DNA of 64,000 nt. It comes from Bacteroidota bacterium (lineage in GTDB: Bacteria > Bacteroidota > Ignavibacteria > Ignavibacteriales > Ignavibacteriaceae). The position numbers and the translations under genes were made by a program. How positions within the stretch are numbered: the stretch's first letter is position 1; every line of letters starts with the position of its first letter. Location of the stretch: positions 7,265 to 71,264 of the forward strand of contig JACZTL010000005.1 of NCBI GenBank assembly GCA_022573715.1, written 5' to 3'. Under the pieces are notes generated by a model. The model was not told the DNA's origin, did no database searches, and saw nothing but the letters and a program-made list of their open reading frames with translations. Positions 57,154 through 64,000 of the stretch are shown here, piece by piece.

Positions 57154-58977
57154 ATGCATAAACCTGAAAAAAAGTTCTCTTCATTTAAAGATATAACAAA
57201 AGCCACTGGTTTAGTTTTTGGAGATATAGGCACTAGCCCAATTTATACATTAACAATTATTTTTGCCATTACAGCACCAACACTTCCTAATTTAATGGGA
57301 ATACTTTCTCTTATTTTTTGGACACTTATTATTTTAGTTTCAGTAAAATACTGTTGGCTTGCTATGAGTCTAAGTATTAAAGGTGAAGGCGGGATCATAG
57401 TGTTAAAAGAAATATTGTTGAGTTCTTTAAAATCAGGTAGGAAAATTGCTTTTGCAACATTCATAGGTGTTATCGGTGTTTCATTATTGATGGGTGACGG
57501 TGTAATTACTCCTGCTATAAGTATTTTATCCGCAGTTGAAGGATTAGAACTCATCCCTTGGATTGGGCATATTGATACTAATACAATCATATTAATTACG
57601 TGTGTAATAACTGTTATACTATTTTCATTACAGTATCTTGGTACTGACAAAGTTGCGTCTTCTTTCGGACCGATTATGTTGCTTTGGTTTGCTTCACTTT
57701 TTATTTCAGGATTAATTTATATAATTCAAGTGCCCGAAGTATTAAGTGCAGTAAGTCCTTATTATGCTATAGAATTTATGACAAAAAATGGATTTGCTGG
57801 ATTTTTTATCTTAAGTGAAGTTATACTTTGCGCCACCGGTGGTGAAGCACTCTATGCGGATATGGGACATTTAGGTGCAAAACCCATTAGAGATGCTTGG
57901 TATTTTGTCTTTTTTGCTCTGCTTATAAATTATTTTGGACAAGGAGCATATGTAATATCCACAGGAAATTCTAACTTAATCCTTTTTGCTATGATAAAAT
58001 CTATTTCCGAAATTCTTTATGTCCCTTTTTTAATTTTAACTTTATTTGCTGCAATAATAGCATCGCAAGCAATGATTACTGCTATTATGTCTTTAGTATA
58101 TCAGGGTATTTCAACAAAAATATTTCCTTTAATGAAAATAAAATTTACATCAACTCAAATAAAATCACAGATTTATATTAGTGCAGTTAATTGGAGTTTA
58201 CTGATTGCAGTATTGTTTATGATATTCGCATTTAAGAAATCAGGAAACCTTGCCGCCGCATACGGGTTAGCTGTAACTGCTTCTATGGTTATAAGTAGTA
58301 TTTTTATGATATGGATTTTCAAATTTCAAAAGAAATATATAAAAATGTCAGTTTCGTTTTTAGTACTTATAATAGCTTCAATATTTCTAATTGCTCTGTT
58401 CGATAAAATACCACACGGAGGTTACTGGTCAATAATAATAGCATTAATCCCGTTTTTTATTATTGAGCTTTGGGCAAGGGGTAATAAATCAATGTATAAG
58501 TCTTTTCGCGCCTTACCGTTCGATACTTTTTTAATAAGCTATAACCAAATATATAGCCGGGGAAATAATATTGAAGGGACAGCACTTTTCTTTACAAAAA
58601 ACTTTGAAGAAATTCCCCCATATATTGTACACACTGTGATAAGAAGTAACATTGTTTATGAAAATAATATTCTTGTATCTATTGCAACAACCGAAAAACC
58701 ATACGGAATGCTTTATGAAAAAATAGAAAATCTTGCTCACGGACTTTCAGGAATCAGAATTGAACACGGCTATATGGAAATAATAGATTTGCAATCAATG
58801 CTTAAAAAAAATAATATTAAAGAAAAAGTCATATTTTACGGTGTTGATGACATTTATACTAAAAAACCATTACTTAAAATATTTGCATTCTTAAAGAAAA
58901 TGACACCATCGTTTGTAAGATTTTATACATTACCGTATAATAAACTACACGGTGTTTTAACAAGATTAGAAATTTAA
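57154..58977 (+). CDS. kup: KUP-family potassium transporter
   Basis: GDIGTSPIYT, GGEALYADMGH and 12 TM helices plus a cytoplasmic C-domain. Confidence 0.9.
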   Translation: MHKPEKKFSSFKDITKATGLVFGDIGTSPIYTLTIIFAITAPTLPNLMGILSLIFWTLIILVSVKYCWLAMSLSIKGEGGIIVLKEILLSSLKSGRKIAFATFIGVIGVSLLMGDGVITPAISILSAVEGLELIPWIGHIDTNTIILITCVITVILFSLQYLGTDKVASSFGPIMLLWFASLFISGLIYIIQVPEVLSAVSPYYAIEFMTKNGFAGFFILSEVILCATGGEALYADMGHLGAKPIRDAWYFVFFALLINYFGQGAYVISTGNSNLILFAMIKSISEILYVPFLILTLFAAIIASQAMITAIMSLVYQGISTKIFPLMKIKFTSTQIKSQIYISAVNWSLLIAVLFMIFAFKKSGNLAAAYGLAVTASMVISSIFMIWIFKFQKKYIKMSVSFLVLIIASIFLIALFDKIPHGGYWSIIIALIPFFIIELWARGNKSMYKSFRALPFDTFLISYNQIYSRGNNIEGTALFFTKNFEEIPPYIVHTVIRSNIVYENNILVSIATTEKPYGMLYEKIENLAHGLSGIRIEHGYMEIIDLQSMLKKNNIKEKVIFYGVDDIYTKKPLLKIFAFLKKMTPSFVRFYTLPYNKLHGVLTRLEI

Positions 58978-59109
58978 TTAGCAAAAATTACAAATTGCAA
59001 AATTTGAAACACAAATAAATCCCAAATTCCAATTACAATAAATAAATGATAACAAAATAATTGATTATTCACTTTTTTTGAGATTTGAAATTTAACTATC
59101 GGAATCTGG

Positions 59110-60159
59110 ATGAAAATTAAAATTACTATTGTACTAATTCTTATTACATTTTTTAATACAGGTAATATTAAAGCTCAGGAAGTAAGGAAAGACACACTAA
59201 CTTTTGCATTTTGGAATATGGAAAATTTATTTGACACAATAGATGATCCGGGCAAAAACGATGGTGAGTTCACTCCAATAGGAAGAAAAAAATGGACGAA
59301 AGAAAGACTTCGACATAAACTTAGCAATATGTCAAAAGCAATTAAAATGATGGGCAATAGTGGAGGACCTGACTTATTGGGAATGTGCGAAGTTGAACAT
59401 CAAACTCTAGTTAATGAACTTATAACAAATTATATAAAAAATAAAAATTATGGTATAGCTTATAAAGAATCACCTGACAAGCGAGGAATAGATAACGGGT
59501 TAATTTACGACAAAGATAAATTCATTTTGTTATCAGTAGAAGCTCTTCATGTTGAACTGCCTGCTCACTATCCCACAAGAGATATATTAAAAGTTGTTTT
59601 AAAAACAAATAAGGATGATACACTTTACGTTTTTGTAAATCATTGGCCATCAAGGAGAGGGGGACAAGAGAAATCAGAAAAGAACAGATCACAAGCTGCT
59701 ACAACATTAAAAAGAAATATAGAAAAAATAAATTCGGAAAAACAAAACCCTAATATTTTGATAATAGGTGATTTTAATGACACTCCAACTAATAAATCCT
59801 TCACAGATGTTTTAAAGGCAAAACCATTGGTGAATTTTTTAATGAAGATAAAAAAACGTACCGAACAAATTAAAAACATCTATAATTTAGCATATGAAAC
59901 TGCTGTTAATAGAAAAGGTACGATGAAATATAGAAAAGTTTGGTATATGCTTGATCAAATTATTGTTTCAACAGCGATGCTTAGAGAAAAAGGATTTACA
60001 TATTTATTAGGTTCATTTAAAATATTTAAACCGAATTTTATAATTGAAAAAACCGGAAGATATAAAGGTTCTCCTTTACCCACATACGGAGGGAACAAAT
60101 ACTTAGGTGGTTACAGTGATCACTTTCCGGTACTTGCCAAGTTTATTATTAATTATTAA
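59110..60159 (+). CDS. secreted endonuclease/exonuclease/phosphatase (EEP) family protein
   Basis: Signal peptide, WNMENLFD, CEVE, GDFND and SDHFPV motifs. Confidence 0.8.
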   Translation: MKIKITIVLILITFFNTGNIKAQEVRKDTLTFAFWNMENLFDTIDDPGKNDGEFTPIGRKKWTKERLRHKLSNMSKAIKMMGNSGGPDLLGMCEVEHQTLVNELITNYIKNKNYGIAYKESPDKRGIDNGLIYDKDKFILLSVEALHVELPAHYPTRDILKVVLKTNKDDTLYVFVNHWPSRRGGQEKSEKNRSQAATTLKRNIEKINSEKQNPNILIIGDFNDTPTNKSFTDVLKAKPLVNFLMKIKKRTEQIKNIYNLAYETAVNRKGTMKYRKVWYMLDQIIVSTAMLREKGFTYLLGSFKIFKPNFIIEKTGRYKGSPLPTYGGNKYLGGYSDHFPVLAKFIINY

Positions 60160-60365
60160 GTAAGAATGATTAACCTTAAATAATGAAAGTTTGATTCTAA
60201 AAAGATAACTTTTCACAAACCTTACCGGATACATACGCAAAGTTAAATTAACAAAATCATCTTGTGTTTTTGTAAAGAATTCGTGAAATTAAAATGCTTT
60301 AGCTCAAAAATATTAATTATTTAAGTATTATTATTTATAAAAATTAATAAAAAAGATGAGATAAA

Positions 60366-61085
60366 ATGAATAATATAAAATATTTTCTTTTAATTTTTAT
60401 AGTTTTACTTTTAGTAAAGAACCAAGCACAGGATTTAAAGAAATCAGAAATAAAATTTTATCCGATTAATCATGCATCGTTTATAATAATATCACCTATT
60501 ATTACTATCTATGTAGATCCTGTTCAAAATTTTATAACATATTCTAAATATCCATCACCAGACATAATTTTAATTACCGATTTACACAGAGACCACTTAA
60601 AAAAGGAAGTTGTAGCATTGATCAAAAAAGAAAAGACAAAAATTATTGCACCAGTAGCAGTTATATCTAAATTAGGATTTGGAGAGATGTTGAATAATGG
60701 TGACGAGATAAAAGTAGCTGGTGTAATAATAAAAGCAATACCAATGTATAACATTACAAAAGATAGGCTAAAGTTTCATTCCAAGGGAAGAGGGAATGGG
60801 TATATATTAACAATAAATGGAAAGAGGATATACATATCCGGTGATACTGAAGATATAAAAGAAATGAGAGAACTTAAGAATATTGATTATGCTTTTGTTT
60901 GTATGAATTTACCTTATACAATGTCAGTAGCAAAAGCAGCCTCAGCAGTTTTGGAATTTAAACCTAAAGTAGTTTATCCGTATCATTATCGGGGACCAAA
61001 AGGGTATAGCGATATTGAAAAATTTAAGTATTTAGTCAGCAAAAATAAGTTTATAGAAATAAGATTACTAAATTGGTACAAGTAA
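60366..61085 (+). CDS. secreted MBL-fold metal-dependent hydrolase
   Basis: Signal peptide, ITDLHRDH and ISGDT motifs. Confidence 0.7.
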   Translation: MNNIKYFLLIFIVLLLVKNQAQDLKKSEIKFYPINHASFIIISPIITIYVDPVQNFITYSKYPSPDIILITDLHRDHLKKEVVALIKKEKTKIIAPVAVISKLGFGEMLNNGDEIKVAGVIIKAIPMYNITKDRLKFHSKGRGNGYILTINGKRIYISGDTEDIKEMRELKNIDYAFVCMNLPYTMSVAKAASAVLEFKPKVVYPYHYRGPKGYSDIEKFKYLVSKNKFIEIRLLNWYK

Positions 61086-61255
61086 ATAACAAATTTTTAC
61101 AAAATTTATTTAAAAATATTTGTCATTATTATTGAAATATATTTATTATTGACATTGTTTTTATAATTCTTTATTCTAACTACATTATTTTTTAAAGTTA
61201 TGGAATTATTCACTCCTTAACCATAATTTATTTAATTTTTTGGAGGTTATTCTCA

Positions 61256-61945
61256 ATGGACATATTAGGATTGATAACATCAATAACACACGTAATAGCG
61301 CAAGCTACAAATGATTCAGGTGTTTTAAATTGGTTAGCGGCTAAGTACGAAGCTGGTGGAATTTTTATGCATCCAATCTTAGGAAGTTTAATTTTAGGAC
61401 TTGCTTTTTCCTTTGAAAGATTTTGGACCCTTTCAAGAGCGAGAGTTAATACTAAAGATTTTCTCATCAAAGTTACAACAGCACTTAAAGAAGGGGGTGT
61501 TGATGAAGCTAGAGATTTATGTGCAAGTACAAGAGGACCTGTAGCATCAGTATTTCACGCTGGCTTGTTAAGAGCAGATGAAGGCTTAGATGCTGCTGAA
61601 AAAGCTATTATGGCTTACGGTGGTATTGAAATGGGATTCTTAGAAAGAGGGATGATCTGGATATCTACTTTTGTTACAATTGCTCCTATGCTTGGTTTTA
61701 CCGGTACTGTAAAAGGTATGATTGGAGCATTTGACTCCATTAAAGAAGCAGCTCAAATTTCCCCAGCTATTGTTGCTGATGGCATTTCAGTTGCCCTTTT
61801 AACAACACTTTTTGGGCTCGTAGTTGCTATGACTCTTCAAGTGATGTACAATTTCTTAATTTCTAAAATTGATAAATTAGTTGGCGAGATGGAAGAAAGT
61901 TCAGTTCAATTAATCGATGCTTTATACGAATTAAAGGGAAAATAA
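61256..61945 (+). CDS. exbB: MotA/TolQ/ExbB proton-channel protein
   Basis: Three TM helices and the conserved C-terminal APMLGFTGTV...ISVALLTTLFGL. GGAGG SD upstream. Confidence 0.85.
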   Translation: MDILGLITSITHVIAQATNDSGVLNWLAAKYEAGGIFMHPILGSLILGLAFSFERFWTLSRARVNTKDFLIKVTTALKEGGVDEARDLCASTRGPVASVFHAGLLRADEGLDAAEKAIMAYGGIEMGFLERGMIWISTFVTIAPMLGFTGTVKGMIGAFDSIKEAAQISPAIVADGISVALLTTLFGLVVAMTLQVMYNFLISKIDKLVGEMEESSVQLIDALYELKGK

Positions 61946-61998
61946 TTTTAAACTTTTAAATATAATCTCAATAATTTATTTTTAGGCGAATATTAGCA

Positions 61999-62526
61999 AT
62001 GATTAAAAAGAAAAAAATACCTGAAGCATCCATACCTACAAGTTCAATGGCTGATATTGCGTTTCTACTTTTATTGTTTTTCTTAGTTGCTACAGTTATA
62101 GATGTAGATACAGGTATTGGTTTAACATTACCGGAATATGTTGAAGATGTTAATACTGTTAAAGTACCAAAAAGCAGAATGGCTGCAATACTTATTAATG
62201 CAAATGGTGATGTACTGCTTGATAATAAACCAATATCAGTAGTTCAAATAAAAGATAACCTTAAAAGACGTATAATATCAAAAATAGATTTGCCGTCTAA
62301 TAAAAAACTTATCGTTTCTGTAAAAACTGATAGAAAAACACGATATAATATTTATATTCAAGCTTTAGATCAAATTAAACAAGCTTATTTTGAAGTAAGA
62401 GATGAATATTCAAATCAAAATTTCGGATCTAACTATAACAAACTTGTAGGGACACAACAAAAAGATGTACAAAAGGTAGTGCCAATTATTATTTCTCTGG
62501 CTGAACCTGAAACAGTGAAAAAATAA
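61999..62526 (+). CDS. exbD: ExbD/TolR biopolymer transport protein
   Basis: N-terminal [17 protein letters not shown] motif and a periplasmic ExbD fold-length domain. Confidence 0.8.
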   Translation: MIKKKKIPEASIPTSSMADIAFLLLLFFLVATVIDVDTGIGLTLPEYVEDVNTVKVPKSRMAAILINANGDVLLDNKPISVVQIKDNLKRRIISKIDLPSNKKLIVSVKTDRKTRYNIYIQALDQIKQAYFEVRDEYSNQNFGSNYNKLVGTQQKDVQKVVPIIISLAEPETVKK

Positions 62527-62545
62527 GAATAAAGGATAACCAAAA

Positions 62546-62959
62546 ATGGCTTTTGAAAAACGAAGAGCAAATAGTAAACAAGAAATTCCAACAGCATCTA
62601 TGCCTGACATTGTCTTTATGCTTCTTCTATTTTTTATGGTTACAACAACTCTTAGAGAAGTTGATGTTTTGGTAAAGTTCAAACTACCTGAAGCAAAAGC
62701 TATTGAGAAAATAGAAAACAAAAGATTGATTTCATATATTTGGGTAGGAAATAACGGTAAAATCCAAATTAACGATAGTCTTGTAAAATTAGATGATGTT
62801 GAACCAATAATGTATGCAAAAAGACAATCTCTAGCTAATGTAATTGTTTCTTTGCGTGTTGATAGAGGTGCTGATATGGGCTTAATTACTGACATTCAAC
62901 AGGAACTACGTAAGGCATATTGTTTAAGATTAAATTATTCGACAAATTTGAAAATTTAA
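62546..62959 (+). CDS. exbD: ExbD/TolR biopolymer transport protein (paralog)
   Basis: SMPDIVFMLLLFFMV TM motif. 137 aa. Confidence 0.8.
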   Translation: MAFEKRRANSKQEIPTASMPDIVFMLLLFFMVTTTLREVDVLVKFKLPEAKAIEKIENKRLISYIWVGNNGKIQINDSLVKLDDVEPIMYAKRQSLANVIVSLRVDRGADMGLITDIQQELRKAYCLRLNYSTNLKI

Positions 62960-62984
62960 CTTAGTAGAAGCATATTTTTTTTAA

Positions 62985-63021
62985 AGGCAGGTTTGTATTT
63001 TATACTTTCCTGCCTTTTTTT
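62985..63021 (+). terminator. Rho-independent terminator after the exbBDD operon
   Basis: Stem aggcagg / cctgcct with a 17-nt loop, followed by a T7 run. Confidence 0.65.
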
Positions 63022-63037
63022 AATTTAAGGAAGAAAA

Positions 63038-63490
63038 ATGAAACTGAATGATAAAATATATACGGATTTGAAATCCGCTATGAAAGAAGGAAATAAATTA
63101 AAACTTCAAACTATTCGCTCAATAAGAGCTTTGTTAATTGAATTTGAGAAAAGCGGTTCCGGGAAAGAACTGAATACAGATGAAGAAATAAAATTACTGT
63201 CCTCCTCAGCAAAGCAAAGAAAAGATTCCATTGAACAATTTAGAAATGCCGGCAGGGAAGATTTAGCTGAAAAAGAAGAACAAGAGTTACATATAATTCA
63301 ATCTTATTTACCAAAGCAACTATCTGATGATGAATTAAAAATTAGAATCAATGAAGTAGCCAATAAAATTGGTGCAAATAATAAAGAAGATTTCCCTAAA
63401 TTAATGCCTGCCGTTATGAAAGAATTAAAAGGGATGGCTGAGGGTAAATTAGTTAGAGAAATAATTACCGAAATATTGGAGAAAGGGTGA
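63038..63490 (+). CDS. yqeY: GatB/YqeY domain protein
   Basis: MKLNDKIYTDLKSAMKEGNKLKLQTIRSIRA... is the typical YqeY N-terminus. 150 aa. Confidence 0.85.
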   Translation: MKLNDKIYTDLKSAMKEGNKLKLQTIRSIRALLIEFEKSGSGKELNTDEEIKLLSSSAKQRKDSIEQFRNAGREDLAEKEEQELHIIQSYLPKQLSDDELKIRINEVANKIGANNKEDFPKLMPAVMKELKGMAEGKLVREIITEILEKG

Positions 63491-64000
63491 ATTTTTTAGA
63501 TATTATAATATTCGCTGTATTTCTTATTGGTTTTGCTTTGGGTTATAAGGATGGATTAATAAGAAAACTTATTGGGTTAGTTGGTTTAGCTCTCGCAATT
63601 TATTTAGCTGCTAAATATGTAGAACCATTCGGCACAACTTTGGCAAGTTTGTTAGGGCTTGAAATATATTTTTCAAAAATTATTGCTGGAATTTTCCTTT
63701 TTTTTGTTATTGTTTCCATATTCTCTTTAATAAAAAGAGTTATTCATCCCTTTGACAAAGTAAATAATTTTATAAACCAATTTTTAGGAGCAATTGTAGG
63801 TTCTGCACAGTTATTATTTTTTTTAAGCGCAGTATTTTTTATTTTAAGTATGTTTGGTCTTCCGGAAGAATCATCGACTAAGGGCTCTTTATTTTATAAA
63901 TCAGTTTATAACATCCTACCTGAAACAGTAAATTTGCTTAACGATTATACGCCTGCACCAAAAAAATTTTTTGAAACTTATTCAAAAGGAAATAACCCCT
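63487..64000 (+). CDS. cvpA: CvpA-family membrane protein, 3' end runs off the window
   Basis: Not in the ORF track because there is no stop in the window. GTG start overlaps the yqeY stop (GTGA). My translation is VNFLDIIIFAVFLIGFALGYKDGLIRKLIGLVGLALAIYLAAKY..., open to position 64000, with the typical CvpA N-terminus and four hydrophobic helices. Confidence 0.7.
   Translation, partial: MNFLDIIIFAVFLIGFALGYKDGLIRKLIGLVGLALAIYLAAKYVEPFGTTLASLLGLEIYFSKIIAGIFLFFVIVSIFSLIKRVIHPFDKVNNFINQFLGAIVGSAQLLFFLSAVFFILSMFGLPEESSTKGSLFYKSVYNILPETVNLLNDYTPAPKKFFETYSKGNNP

Overview
This is an AT-rich (roughly 30-35% GC by eye) chromosomal segment from a didermic bacterium. TolC, LolCDE, ExbBD, GT9 heptosyltransferases and a large beta-barrel outer-membrane protein all point to an outer membrane. 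The style resembles the FCB group or Ignavibacteria, but I cannot verify that. All calls come from reading the translations and the DNA; no database search was run.

Most of the window is housekeeping:
- tig (partial) and tRNA-Leu
- a PP2C phosphatase / Ser-Thr kinase pair followed by murA
- cca
- a TolC / MacA-like / MacB-like efflux operon
- NUDIX, PfkB kinase, mtnA, recO, htrA, aroC
- an acyl-CoA carboxyltransferase
- an MltD-like lytic transglycosylase with seven LysM domains
- dus, apt, lolCDE
- a tRNA cluster: Pro, a decayed Pro copy, Arg, His, Glu
- ldcA, ispE, three tandem GT9 glycosyltransferases, polA, kup
- exbB-exbD-exbD, yqeY, cvpA (partial)

The accessory, unusual part is about 34.3-38.5 kb.
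- A PIN/DUF6364-like toxin-antitoxin cassette sits between ~175-bp direct repeats that duplicate the 3' end of the mltD-like gene.
- Next comes a disrupted gene. Its reconstructed product is a membrane-anchored P-loop NTPase fused to eight tandem 32-residue pentatricopeptide (PPR)-like repeats and a TPR-like tail.
- Six of those repeats are near-identical, carried on 96-bp DNA units.
- Among other positions, the repeats differ at the two positions that specify the RNA base in plant PPR proteins.
- The gene is interrupted by an A10 frameshift tract and one in-frame TAA. It abuts an IS110-type transposase fragment.

Other points worth a second look:
- a DUF4258-like / zinc-ribbon toxin-antitoxin pair
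- an internally deleted FtsX-permease relic
- an ABC permease/ATPase pair whose ATPase has lost every catalytic motif
- a family of GC-rich palindromic intergenic elements at three operon ends
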